This document shows, piece by piece, positions 12,471-24,593 of a stretch of DNA of 61,580 bases. How positions within the stretch are numbered: the first letter of the stretch is position 1; each line of letters starts with the position of its first letter. Under the pieces are notes generated by a model. It ran no database searches, had not been told where the DNA came from, and saw nothing but the letters and a program-made list of their open reading frames with translations. This DNA is from Chiloscyllium plagiosum (Eukaryota): positions 10,587,271-10,648,850 of the forward strand of contig NC_057749.1 in assembly GCF_004010195.1 (NCBI RefSeq), written 5' to 3'. The position numbers and the translations under genes are program-made.

Positions 12471-13363
12471 TCATACCCAGTGGTCTGGAACCCACGGCCT
12501 CTGGACTGACGAACAAGGGTGCCATGTACTGAGCCATGCAAACACCAAACCAGAGCCTTGGAGAATGATCAAGGCATACAGGTCACGACTCATTACAGAC
12601 AGTGGATGGGGACCACAAGCTGAGAGGGTGGCAGCTGGTAATCCAGAGACCCAGGTGAACAGTATGGGACTGTGTGTCCAAACCTCTACCCAGACAGCTG
12701 CCAGAATTTAAATTCAATTGATAAATCTGGAATATAAAAGCAATCTCAACAATGCAATTATCGTTGGTTGCATTAAAAACCCATCTGGTTCACTATAAGA
12801 ACATCAGAAACAAGAGCAGGAGTAGGCCATCTGGCCCCTCCAGCCTGCTCCGTCATTCAATAAGATCATGGCTTATCTTTTCGTGGTCTCAGCTCCACTT
12901 CCCCGCCCACTCACCATAACCTTAAATCCTTTACTGGTCAAAAATCTTTACTGCTCACTAATGCCCTTTAAGGAAGGGAAGTCTGCCATTCTCATACCTG
13001 GTCTGACTTGACATGGGGATCCGGGCCCATAGCAACTTGGGTTGGCTCTGAACTGGCTGAGCCGAGATGGATTGGGCAACAAATCTATGACACCCACATC
13101 CTGCAAAAGAATCTAACCAAGTATCTCCATGTTCCACTGCAAAAGTCTGGGCTCATGCATAACTGAGCTCCTCAAGAGTTTTTAAGTGTAATCAATGGCA
13201 GGAAAGAGATACACATCTTTGACACACTTCTCAAGAGCTGCAGCTGGTAGGAGGAGGGAGTTGCTTCTGGGGTTGGAATTAATGAAATTCCTTCTGGGTG
13301 TAAGCTATCTTTAATTTCACCCCCAGGAGGAGAGAGGGCAGTACATCACCTTCTATGATGTAC

Positions 13364-13435
13364 CTGCAGCAGCATTTCGTTCTGGCTTTAATGTATTGAA
13401 GAACTTGCTCGTCCTCTCCTTCTTCATGCTCATTT
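13364..13435 (-). other. Possible alternative exon (coding ATG CTG CTG CAG = MLLQ at its 3' end)
   Basis: Donor CAG|gtacat at 13363; possible acceptor ccctgtatcag|AAATG; unique sequence. The MLLQ frame ends in phase 0, like the 16796 exon. Confidence 0.3.
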
Positions 13436-14092
13436 CTGATACAGGGCACACTCTAACTTAACTTTAACGCAGGCTTACGCTGATTTGGTCACCACTTTGA
13501 TGAGGACAAAGATGCAAAGCACACTTATCACCGTGCGTGGTGTGAAATGCAAAGTACTAGTACATTCACAGTTCCAGCTGTTCACGTTCCAGAGGCGGGT
13601 GCCCAGTGGAGGAATAATGTATTGTCTGCTCAGTCTAAAATAGGACAGGGGAGCAGGAAAATGCCAACTTCCCAAAGGTATATAAGGGAATAACTGGAGA
13701 CAACTGTAATAAGGACTGAAATTGAGGAATAGCTTTCTAACTCCAAATCCCACCCTTACCTCTGGTGTCTAACTATTGTAGACATTCGTGTACCCAACAA
13801 CAACAACAACAACATGTACTGATGTAGCACCATTAATGTTGTAAACCACTCCACCTAGACAGAACTTGACCCTGAGCCACACATTCAAAGAGGCGGTGAA
13901 AACCTTCGTCAACGAGCTAGATTTTAAGTAAAAACCTAAAGAACTGCAGATGCAGTAAATCAGGAATAACAACAGGAATTGCTGGAAAAGCTCAGTAGGT
14001 CTGGCAGCATCTGTGGAGAGAAATTGTAGTTATTGTTTGGGTCCAGTGACTAGACCTGCACAGTGTTGCATTCAAGTTAGTGTATCATAGGA

Positions 14093-14382
14093 TCATAGAA
14101 TAGAATCATACAGTGTGAAAAGAGGTCATTTGGCCCATTGAGAGTGCACCAACCTTCTGAACAGCACTGCACTACCCCACACTTCCTATGGCCAATCCAC
14201 CCAGCCTGCACATCCCTGGTCACTATGGGGCAGTTTTTAGCATGGCCAGTTCACCTACTCAGCACATCTTTGGACTGTGAGAGGAAACCCATGTACTCAC
14301 AGAGACAATGTGCAAACTCCACACTGACAGCCACCTGAGGCTGGAATCGAACCTGAGTCCTGAGGCAGCAGTGCTAACCACT
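14093..14382 (-). mobile_element. HE1-like SINE
   Basis: Family head and body with a catagaat tail. Confidence 0.8.
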
Positions 14383-16121
14383 CTGTAAATACATGTTATT
14401 GCTGTTGCTTCCAATGAAAGCTGATTGGGGAGGGGGCAGGGGTGGGGGAGGGAGGCAAGACAGAAGCATCTTCTGACATATTTGCGACTGTTGGTGCTTC
14501 TTAAATAACCCTACAGTCTTGCCTGGCTAAAGAACCAATCTCTTGAATATACAGCTGTTACAGCACTGCATAAGTTCACAATAGATTTCACTTTCCAAGA
14601 CTAGCAATTAAATTACGCTTAGACTGAAATTAATTAATTAAACTAATTGAGCAAATTCTCTTAGACAGGAAAGAGATGAATCTTGTAGCTCATTTACATC
14701 GACAATGGGAAGCCCAAATGGTTTCAGCGCCTTTGCCTTGAAGGTGTTGCTCTGGACCACTTCCTCCTCGCCCACACATCACTGCATGACCCTCAGGTGC
14801 TGGTCTACTTAAGCATCACAGCTTCCTATTACAGCTCAGAGTAGGTCTAACCCAGTTCAGTCGGCTGTAATCTGAAGTTCCCATTTAACCTTTCAGTGGG
14901 TCCTCAATACGTTTGCCAGTTTGGTCTCCAAGTGATTGGGGGGGGGGGAACGGATTTGAAAACAAGGATACAAATGTTGAAAGTGAGATGCTCCTTGACT
15001 TATTGTCAATGTAAGGCAGCAAGCACAGGGGCAAAACTGCGGGATGAGACACAAGTAGTTCTGAAGCATACATGTGAGTTTCAGTCTGTTAGTGCTCTCC
15101 CCTATCACGTAGCTAGTATTTCAGGAGCAGGTATACACTGCCTGGCAGTGTGGTGGAGACAGGTTCAATATGGTGTTTCACATATGGTGTAGTCAATCTC
15201 AGAAACCGGAGTTGCCTGAGCTCCAACATCATCGTGGATGCAAAGTATTTGCATCAAGACAACAGCTTTAATACCCATTGATAAACTTCCAGGATGCAGA
15301 ACTCTGCAGTTACAGAATTCACAAAATCAAATCACCTTCCAAGCTCAGGACCACTTCCATCTAGAAGGACAAGGGCAGCAGATACATGGGAAGACCACCA
15401 CCTTCAAGTTCCCCTTCACTCACCATCCTGACTTGGAAATACATCGCCTTTCCTTCAGTGTCACTGGGTCAAAATCCGGGAATTCCCTCCCTAAGGGCAT
15501 CATGGGTCAACCTACAGCACAAAGACTGTGGCGGTTCAAGAAGGCAGCTCACCCCCAGCAAGGGCAATTAGGGACGGGCAATAAAAACTGGGCCCAGCCA
15601 GTGACACCTAAATCGCACAAATGAATAAAACAAAATCACGCAATTGTTGAGGTGCAAAGGGAGGCCATTCAGCCCATTACGTCTAAGCATTTTGATTTAG
15701 TGCCAAAGTCCGGCCTTAATCCCATAACCCTGAAGGGTTTTTCTATTTAAATAAGCAGTCTGTGCCCTCTGAATGCCCCAATTGAACCTGCCTCCACCAT
15801 ACTGCCAGGCAGTGTATACCTGAAATACTAGCTACGTGATAGTGTAAGACCAATCTGATTCTGCCTTTTATCCATTGAGTAGGTGGCAACCAATTTGCCT
15901 TAAGCAAGCATCCACAATGTGATATAGTGGTGAGATAATCTGTCTTGGTGCTAGGAACATTTTTAAAACAGCAATGTTCTAGCACCCCTCACCAGGGGTG
16001 CATCAGGAATGGCAACCCACAGCATGTCCTCAGGTCTGGGGAGTGGAACTTAAAATCATAGCCTTCTGACTCAGAGTGCAATCAACTGAGCCAGACCATG
16101 ACTGTGATAATTGCAAAGATC

Positions 16122-16632
16122 TTCTGGAATACTATGTCCACTTCTGCTCGCCCTGTATTAGGAAGGATATTATTAAGCTGGAGAGGGTTCAGAAGAGATT
16201 TACCAGGATGTTGCTGGGAATGGGCTGGGACATTTTTCACTGGAGCGTGGAGGTTGAGAAGTGACCTTATAGAAGTTTATAAAATATGAGAGGTATATAT
16301 GAGAGATATAGATAGGATTAATGATTGCTGCCTCTCCCTGAGGATGGGGAGTTTCAAGATTAGAGGGTGCATTTTTAAGGTGAGAGGAGAGAGATTTTAA
16401 AAAGACATAAGAGTCAAATTTTTTACATAGAGGTGGTTCTTGTGTGGAATGAGTTTCCAGATGAAGTGATGGATCTGGGTGCAATTACATTTGACAGACA
16501 TTTCGATACATGAACAGGAAAGGTTTGGAGTGATATAGGCCAGGAGCAGGGCAGGTGGGATTAGTTTAGTTTCACATGGTATTCGGCGTGGATTATTGGG
16601 ACCGAAGGGTCTGTTTCCATACTCTATGACTG
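16122..16632 (+). mobile_element. CR1-like LINE 3' fragment
   Basis: LEYYVHFCSPCIRKDIIKLERVQKRFTRML motif. Confidence 0.9.
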
Positions 16633-16795
16633 GATTTATATATAAAACAAGGAAATGGCATTTGTATTGTCCGTGCATTGAGGGATTACTAAAAGGACTA
16701 AGAAAGTAGCCCTTGCTGAGGGACTGTTACTTAACCCAGTGAGAAACGGGGAGTCTGTGTAAAGATTGTCAGTCCATGTCGGACAGTGTACTTGC

Positions 16796-16853
16796 CTCTG
16801 TTTCATGACGGCGAATTTCCTGGTTTTCAGCATGGTCATCAGTCAGAGGCTCC
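16796..16853 (-). CDS. TSPOAP1: Coding exon (R)EPLTDDHAENQEIRRHETE with a GC donor
   Basis: Acceptor gttctgtcttgtctgcag|G completes the AG+G Arg codon from the previous exon. 58 nt = 1 + 19 codons. Ends GAG|gcaagt, the consensus GC-type donor. Confidence 0.72.
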
Positions 16854-17627
16854 CTGCAGACAAGACAGAACATATTAAGTCTACAACAGCGTGCCTTTGC
16901 GGGTCACTTCCATTGTGGAAAAGACATTCCAAGTCCCTTCACAAAAAGAAATAGAAACAAAATAGTCATAATGATTGAATGACTCATTAGAGAAACACAA
17001 CAAGAGCCTAAGAACCTTAAGTAGTAACACGTCACAAGGTATTGCACAAGGAGACAAAAACTGAGGAAACGTGATATCAGAACAGCGTGATCAAAAAAAT
17101 GAATTTTGTAGAGACTCCTGAAGGAGGAGAGTTGGAAAGACAGGGATGTTTGGGGAAGGAATTTTGGAATTTGGACAGGGACAGCTGACAGTCACCAATA
17201 AAGGAGACAGAATCTTGAAAATTCCTCTCTGATCCTGCTCAGATGCAAAAGCTAGTCCAGGAGATTAGATGATATCTGTGAAGCGACTTTATAATTCTGC
17301 CGATTTATTATGAATTTAATAAAATTCAGTCTTCCAAGAGACTACCAGAGGCTGCCTTCTCACATTATTGATGTTGGGTACACTGTCTGTGCGCTCCCAG
17401 ACTGGGAGACAGAGAAAATCATCTCTCCACACACACACGTACACACATATGTCTGAACTGCAGATTCATATAGATTCTAATTACAATTATTTGGGTGCTT
17501 CGCCAACCAGCCTCTCCTCCTTCAGCTCTCTGCTCACTGTCTCCAAAACATTTCACCTGTCACTGAAAATCAAAGTGAAAACCAGCATTGATCAGCCTGA
17601 TCCACCATAAAAACAGGGTTAGCAAGT

Positions 17628-17889
17628 TTTGAAAAGATTTGTAGCTCAGGTTAAGGTTCTGGATGTAGGTTTGCTCACTGAGCTGGAAGGTTCATTTACA
17701 GACATTTCGTCACCCTACTGGGTAACATCTTCAGTAAGCCTCCGGATGAAGCAATGGTGGTGTAGCCTGCTTTCTATTTATATGTTTGGGTTTCCTTGGG
17801 CCGGTGATGTAATTTCCGGTGATGACATCATTTCCCATGGTGATGTCATTTCCTGTTCTTTCTCTCAGGGGGTGGTAAATGGAATCCAG
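17628..17889 (-). mobile_element. PLE 3' end (same family as 56498-58390) with hammerhead motif
   Basis: Matches 56500-56710. Core CTGAAGA-t-gttacc-cagtag-ggtgac-GAAA-TGTC at 17701-17734. Confidence 0.88.
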
Positions 17890-18944
17890 TGATGAAGGCT
17901 TCTGACCGGAAATGTCAACTCAACTACTCCTCAATGCACCGTGACCTGCTATGCTTTTTCCAGCTCCACTCTTTATTGACTGTCTACATAGCCTCCAATC
18001 TTCAAATCAAGAACCCACATTATTACCTTACCCATCCCTAGTGTGTGACTAGCATGCTTGTAATGATTGGAGAATGAAACAGTGAAGGGATTCCCAATGA
18101 AAAGTACTTTTTTTCTTCATTCATTCATGGGATGAGGGTGCTGCAGCATTTATTGCTATGAGGGCAGTTAAGAGTCAACCACATTGTTGTGGGTCTGGAG
18201 TCACACATAGGTCACATCAGGTAAGGATGGCAGTTGCCTTTCCTGAAGGACATCAATGAGTCAGATGAGATTTTCCAAAAATTGAACAATAGATTCTTAA
18301 TTCCAGATATTTTAAAAATGGATTTCAAATTCCATGGGGGGATTTGAATCCAGAACATTATCTAGGTCACTAGATTAACTGCCAAGCAATAATACCACTA
18401 GGCCATTGCCTTCCTCCATTTGCCAGAAGGTTTCCCATCAATATATAAGGGGGATTGGGTGTTTTAGAGATATCATGGGAAATGCAAGGAAAGGTAATTC
18501 AATTCAGGACCAAGCGGATTCCATGAATCTAATGGTTTTCTCCTTGCCCAGAGCAGCTCTCATCTGGGAACATTGTTAGGCCATGGATCTCTAGGTACCA
18601 ATCACGTTTGGTCATGTGTGTGAAAATCTGGCCAGCAAATGATGGCAGTCCAATTATAAAAGGCTCTGTCGAAGGGTTATTAACAAAGGCAAAGCTCCAT
18701 TGGTGCAGGGATACATGCCTCCCATATCTGTGCTCCATAGACATGAGAGTTGTAGACCCTTGGGAGGGTGTGAGGAAAAAGTGAACAGAGGCAAACCGTA
18801 AAGCAACCTTTCCAATATTAGAACAATATAGAAATTGGCAGAGAAGCTGAGTAGGTCTGGTACCATCTGTGGAGAGAGAAACAGAGTTAATATTTCAAAT
18901 CCAATATGATTCTTCTTTAGAACTTGTACATCTTGCCAACACGT

Positions 18945-19262
18945 CACAGAGTCATTGAGGTTTACAGCATGGGAACAGACCCTTCAGCCCAACTTGTCCA
19001 TTCTGTTCAGTTTTCACAATTAATCGAGTCTCATTTGCTTGTGTTTGGTCCCTATCCTTTCATACCTATCCCATTCACATACCTATCCAAATGTCACTTA
19101 AATGACAAAATTGTAGTCACTTCTACCTCTAGCAGCCCATTCCAGACACTCACCACCCTCTGTGTGAAAAAATTGCCCCTCTGGACCCTTTTGTATCTCT
19201 CCCCTCTCACCTTAAATCTATGCCCTCTAGTTTTAGACTCCCTTACCCTGGGGAAAAGGTCT
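18945..19262 (-). mobile_element. CR1-like LINE 3' end
   Basis: Family 3' UTR and FFTQRVV motif. Confidence 0.85.
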
Positions 19263-19332
19263 TGAGGTTACGGTGGAGGGTCAATCCAACTCAAAAACAA
19301 AGAACAGTAAATCTATCTGAGTTACTCATGCT

Positions 19333-19530
19333 ATGCAGATGCTGGAGCTCAGAGTCGAGAGTATAGTGCTGGAAAAGCACAGCAGGTCAGGCATCATCCA
19401 AGGAGCAGGAGAGTCAACGTTTCGGGCATAAGCCCGAAACTTCCTGATGAAGGGTTTATGCCCGAAACATCGATTCTCCTGCACCTCAGATACTACCTGA
19501 CCTGATATGCTTTCCCAGCACTACGCTCTC
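19333..19530. mobile_element. Fold-back PLE-derived mini-element, family B
   Basis: gagagtatagtgctggaaaagcacagcaggtcagg...tttcgggcataagccc is inverted against the right arm, which holds CTGATGA-agggt-ttat-gccc-GAAA-CATC (19444-19471). Confidence 0.8.
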
Positions 19531-20394
19531 TTACTCAAGTTACGAGTAACAATGAACAAGTAGCCTAGGCCCATAGGTTAGACACAGCTGCCAACTCTGG
19601 GCTCCGGGGTAGAATTGTGTCTCAGCGTCAGAAGGTCTCACTCCAAGGATCAGAACATCATCAAGACTGACACTCAACCAAGGCCAGCCAGATTTCCATC
19701 ACTGGTGATGTCAGCTTGTTGAGTTAAACCCTGATTCTCTCTGGTCTTTGAGGTATTTTTTCTAAGCTGTTCATGGGACATTGCTGGCTAGGCCAGCATT
19801 CACTGCACATCCCCAGTTACCAAGAGGGCAGTTAAGAGTCAACTGCATTACTGTAGTTTGATGTCACATGTAGGCCAGACCAGGTAAGGAGGGCAGTTTC
19901 CTTCTCTAAAGAACATTAGTGAACCAGATGGGTTTTTTTCCAACAATTGACGATGGCTTTATGGTTATCATTAGACTCTTAATTTCAGATTTTCATTGAA
20001 TCCAAATTCCAGTGGCTGGATATAAATGAGGATCCTTTTGATCTTTTGAAGAGAAACAGTGTAATTCTGCTTCAATATTCCCTCAAACCCATCACTCAAA
20101 TATCCGTTTATCTGCTATTATAATATTACTTGAGCCAGCTTACTATGTGTAAGTTGGCTGCTGTATTTTCTTCATTACAACAGGCACTGCACTTCACAAA
20201 TATTCCGAGAATGTTTGTAAAGTCCTTTGCAATATACAGCGATATAAACCCCAACACTGTCTTGCTTTCCTGCACCAGGATGGATTGTGTAACCTGCAGA
20301 TTATCTCTCCTGTAAGCACCTCAGCGCGCATGTTAATGGTCAGCCAGATGATGGGACCTACACAGGCCAGAAAGCTGCTTTCGAGAAGCCTCAC

Positions 20395-20573
20395 CTTTTC
20401 TTCGAGGACATAGCACTGTGGTGAGTCTGGAGAGGATTGGGGTGTCGGACTAACTGCTGCTGTTCCTTCTCCCGCTTCTCCATCGGGCGAGGACTGCGGA
20501 ATAGGTAGTTGTACTCGGGAAGAATCTGAGCCAGTGCATCGTAGGATGGCAGGCTAACTCTGTCCTGCTGAAG
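20395..20573 (-). CDS. TSPOAP1: Coding exon LQQDRVSLPSYDALAQILPEYNYLFRSPRPMEKREKEQQQLVRHPNPLQTHHSAMSSKK(R); probable RIM-binding protein family N-terminus
   Basis: Acceptor ttctttcccag|CTT and donor AAG|gtgagg. Unique, relatively CpG-rich, 179 nt (59 codons + 2), in frame with the next exon. The exon itself is well supported; the gene identity is from memory of non-mammalian TSPOAP1-like N-termini and has not been searched. Confidence 0.75.
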
Positions 20574-20627
20574 CTGGGAAAGAACATTGGAGACAGTGAG
20601 GCAAGGAAACTTCACAACAAAAACCCA

Positions 20628-21130
20628 GAATACTGTAAGCAGTGTTGGGCCCCTTACCTAAGGAAGACATATTGGCATGAGAGGCAATCCAGAAAGGGTT
20701 CACTCGGTTATTCCTGGGTTTGCAGCGTTGTCTTATGAGATGACGTTGAGTCGGTTGGACCTGAACTCATTGGAATTTGGACAACCTCAGAGAAACATAT
20801 GAGGTTCTTAGGGAATTTGCCAGGGCAGGTGCAGAAAGGCGGATTCCCTTGAGGGAGAATCTAACACCAGGAAGAATAATCTCAGAGACGAGGGCAGAGA
20901 TGGGGAGGAATTTCTTCGGTCAGGGCATTGTGAACCTGTGGAAGTTTTTTACTGCAGAGTGGAGGTTGTGTTGTTAAGTATTTTCAAGGCTGAGATGAAA
21001 AGGTTCTGAATCAGTGAGAGAATCGAGGGTTATGGGGAAAAAGCAGGAAAATGCAGTTGAGAATGATCAGATTGGATGGCAGAGAAGATTTAAAGGATTA
21101 AATGCCCTATTTCTGCTCCTAAATTGTATG
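20628..21130 (+). mobile_element. CR1-like LINE 3' fragment (older)
   Basis: Degenerate EYC..WAPYLRK and RNFF..IVNLW motifs. Confidence 0.75.
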
Positions 21131-21434
21131 ATTAGATTCCCTACACTGTGAAAACAGGCCCAACCAGTCCGCACCGACCCTCCAAAGAGTAACCCACCCA
21201 GACCCATTTCCCTCTGACTAATGCACCTAACATTGAGAGCAATTTAGCCTGGCCAATTCAACCTAACCTGCACATCTTTGGACTGTGGGAGGAAACCGGA
21301 GCACCCGGAGGAAACCCACGCAGACACGGGGAGAATGTGCAAACTCCACACAGAAAGTCATCTGAGGCTGGAATCGAACTAGGGACCCTGGTGCTGTGAG
21401 GGAACAGTGCCATCCACTGAGCCACTGTGCTGCC
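21130..21434 (-). mobile_element. HE1-like SINE
   Basis: gattagattccctaca tail through ccactgagccactgtgctgcc head. Confidence 0.9.
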
Positions 21435-21499
21435 ACTGTGATCTTACTTACATGATACCTTTAACATCCCTGGAGAGTTATAACACAATATATAATAAC

Positions 21500-21690
21500 T
21501 GTAAGGGTTTTAATGAGGTCAGCTAGCTGCACCTCATAGAATATGAGTTCCCTGATTGGAATTGCGAATCTGGGCTAATCAGGGAGCCCTGGCTGACATA
21601 AAAGAGTGAATTTCAGGGATATTGACATCCCAGTGCCCGACTCAGTGCTTTGACCAAAGACTATGCATATGTAAATAAAGGATGATTGGA
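21500..21690 (+). mobile_element. Short solo-LTR-like element
   Basis: Starts tgtaag; contains ccctgattgg...ctaatcagggagccctggctgacataaaag...tgtaaataaagg. Confidence 0.55.
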
Positions 21691-21699
21691 GTTTTTTCA

Positions 21700-22075
21700 C
21701 AAAGAGATAAAAGGTCAAGTGACCAAAGCGGTAGGCATTAAGGAGTGTCATTAAAGGTGTAAATGAGGTAGAGAGAGACAGACAGCTGTAGGGAGAATGT
21801 TCCAGAGTTTACGGTCCAAGCAACTGAAGGCACATTCCCCAGTGGTGAAGTGATTAAAGCAGTGCTCAAGAGACCAAAATAATAGGAGCACAAATATCTT
21901 GGAAGATTGTGGGATTGAAACAGATTGCTGAGGTAGGGGTGAGAGAGGGATTTGAGAACAAAGATGAGAGCTTTAAAATCAAGCTCGCGTGGGAGCTAAT
22001 GTGTACCAATGAGCCAAGGCAATAGGGTGAGTGTGAGTTAAAATATCAGCAACGATAATATGGAGAACCTTCAGG
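21700..22075 (-). mobile_element. L2-like LINE 3' fragment (old)
   Basis: gtaggcattaaggagtgtc...gggagaatgttccagagttt...gaaggcac pattern; related pieces at ~17050-17210. Confidence 0.5.
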
Positions 22076-22409
22076 GGAGTGTTAGTTAAAATAGTATCGG
22101 TTAAATATACCTCATCTTTGTCAGTTAAATACTTTGCTGATCAGCAGTGGGTTTTCCGTAGGATTAAGGACACTGGGAGCAGACAGTTGCCATGCCTACC
22201 TCGGGTTGAATGTCAGGAATTCTGGGAGGAGACAATGAAGGGGGCCACTCAAGAGCTTCAATTGGTTTCAAGGTCAGAAGGTTGAGTCTTCCTGCCTGGA
22301 TGTCTTCCAGGCAGAGGCAAGAATTGTGTCAAGTTCCCTATCTGGGATCCTCAAGCCCAATGCCCTCCCCATCTTTAAACTCATCTTGGTGGGGAGGTCT
22401 CACCAAATC

Positions 22410-22558
22410 ATACAACCCAGACAGTGCAGGAAGAGGCCATTCAGCCCATCAAATCTGCAGCAACCCTCCAAAGGGCACCACACACAGAGTCACCCAAGGA
22501 TGGAATCAAACCCAGGTCCCCTGCGCTGTGAGGCAGCAGATTTAACCACTGAGCCATC
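22410..22558 (-). mobile_element. Internally deleted HE1-like SINE
   Basis: Tail joined directly to the head region. Confidence 0.7.
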
Positions 22559-23344
22559 AGGTTCCACCCAACGAATCTGCATTTACATTTTCCAGCTGTA
22601 TGTTCCCGATGTATACAATTTGTTGTGTAAAGAAATTCCTCCTCATCATATTCTGGATCTTTAGCCAATTCGTTCTATCTAGTGTGAACTTGAAAAGGAG
22701 ACATTTTCTTTCAAGCTGACAATCTCTAATTTCCAGACTCCTAATACTTTGGAGACTGACGTTGCTCAGCACAGCCTTCACTTTGTGAATCTGTTAACAA
22801 GCAAGGGATAAAAGGCAGCTCTAAGAACCTAATATAACGCTGCAACCCAGGCACAGTTCCAATGCAGTAAAACAACAAAGTCACATTATGTTAATCTTGT
22901 AACAAGAAACTGTGAAAAGACAAATGTCAAGGGAAGGACATTGTACAATGAATTGAAGAGAATCTCCTATGTGTTTTTTGAATAATTCTTCTTTTATATT
23001 TAATCTGCAACTTCCTTTTATGAGTTCAAGTTATCTTCTAACACCAAAGAGGCCATTTGGTCCATTGAGTCCTTGCCGGCACTTTGATCCCCACTCCCCT
23101 GCTCTTTCCCCACAACCAAGCAATGCTTTTCTTCTTATGTCCCTATCCAAGTCCCTTTTGAAAGTTACTATTCAACAGGCTTCCACAGAATACGAACCAA
23201 TTTGAGAAGATGGTGCACAATTAAATGTTAATGTTTCATCTCTCCATCAACACCACTCAAACCAATAATCCAGCTGGCCCCTCCGTGCTGTTGGTCAGGA
23301 CTTGCACAAATGGACAGGAGGCATCACAACATTGACTAAATGTC

Positions 23345-24215
23345 ATCGAGGCAGACAGCACAGAAACACACCCTTCGGTCCCACTCGTCAATTCAAACCA
23401 GCTATCCTAAATTAGATTAGATTAGATTGCCTACAGTGTGGAAACAGGCCTTTCGGCCCAATTAGTCCACATTGACCTTCCAAAGAGTAACCCACCCAGA
23501 CCCATTTCCCTCAAAATAATGCACCTAATGCTATTGGCAATTTAGCATGACCAATTCACCTGACTTGCACATCTTTGGACTGTGGGAGGAAACCAGAGCA
23601 CCCATGCAGACACAGGGAGAATGTGCAAACTCCACACAGACAGTCACCCAAGGCTGGAGTCGAACCTGGGACCCTGGTGATGTGAGGCAGCAGTGCTAAC
23701 CACTGAGCCACTGTGCCGCCATAATTAAATTAAATTAATCCAGACCCATTTGCCAGCACCTGGCCCATATCCCTCTGAACACTTCCTATTCAAATACCCA
23801 TCCAGAAGACTTCTAAATGTTGTAATTGTACCAGCCTCTGGTACTTCCTTTGGTAGCTCATTCCATACACACACACTGCCTGAAAAGGTTGCCCCTAAGG
23901 TCCTCTCCCACCTTCAACCTATGCCCTCTAGGTTTGGACTCCCCTACCCTGGGAAAAACCTTTGGCTATTCACCCTATCCATGCCCCTCAATGAGTTTAT
24001 AATCCTCTATAAGGTCACCCCTCAACCTCCAACGCTCCAGTCTATTGAGCCTCTCCCTATAACTCAAACCCTCAAACCCTGGCAACATCCTTGTAAATCT
24101 TTTCTGAACCCTTTCAAGTTTAACACCATCTTTCCTATAGCAGGGAGACCGGAGTTAAACACAGTATTTAAAAAGTGGCCTCACCAATGACCTCCCAACT
24201 CCTGCCACTCAATAC
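23345..24215 (-). mobile_element. CR1-like LINE 3' fragment
   Basis: Matches the other CR1 copies; contains a nested SINE. Confidence 0.88.
23410..23721 (-). mobile_element. HE1-like SINE nested in a CR1 3' UTR
   Basis: (attag)3 tail and full head; interrupts CR1 23345-24215. Confidence 0.9.
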
Positions 24216-24227
24216 ACCGACCAACAA

Positions 24228-24323
24228 AGTCGAAAAATGTGGTGCTGGAAAAGCACAGCAGGTCAGGCAGCATCCAAGGAGCAGGAGAATCAACATTTCA
24301 GGCATAAACCCTTCAATCAGGAA
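24228..24323 (-). mobile_element. Single PLE 3' arm, family B
   Basis: Matches 3070-3163; degenerate hammerhead. Confidence 0.75.
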
Positions 24324-24387
24324 ACTAATGTCGATCCCTCTTCCTGCTGCCCAGAGGAGATCTGTGTAGTCCTTCATCCTGACCAAC

Positions 24388-24592
24388 TGATGAGGATATT
24401 AGGAGATTACAGGGTGACCTGGACAAGTTAGGTGAGTGGGCAGATGCATGGCAGATGCAGTTTAATGTGGATAAATGTATGGTTATCCACTTTGGTAGCA
24501 AGAACAGGAAGGCAGACTACTACCTCAATGGAATCAATTTATGTAAAGGGGCAGTACAGAGAGATCTGGGTGTTCTTGTACACCAGTCAATG
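24388..24592 (+). mobile_element. Internal CR1 RT fragment abutting the tandem array
   Basis: LQGDLDKLGEWADAWQMQFNVDKCMVIHFGSKNRKADYYLNG...QRDLGVLV. Confidence 0.92.
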
Positions 24593-24593
24593 A

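Noticed and set aside
16636..16839. ORF MTMLKTRKFAVMKQR...
   Set aside because: It overlaps the 58-nt exon in a different frame; splice phase with the upstream exon favours EPLTDDHAENQ.
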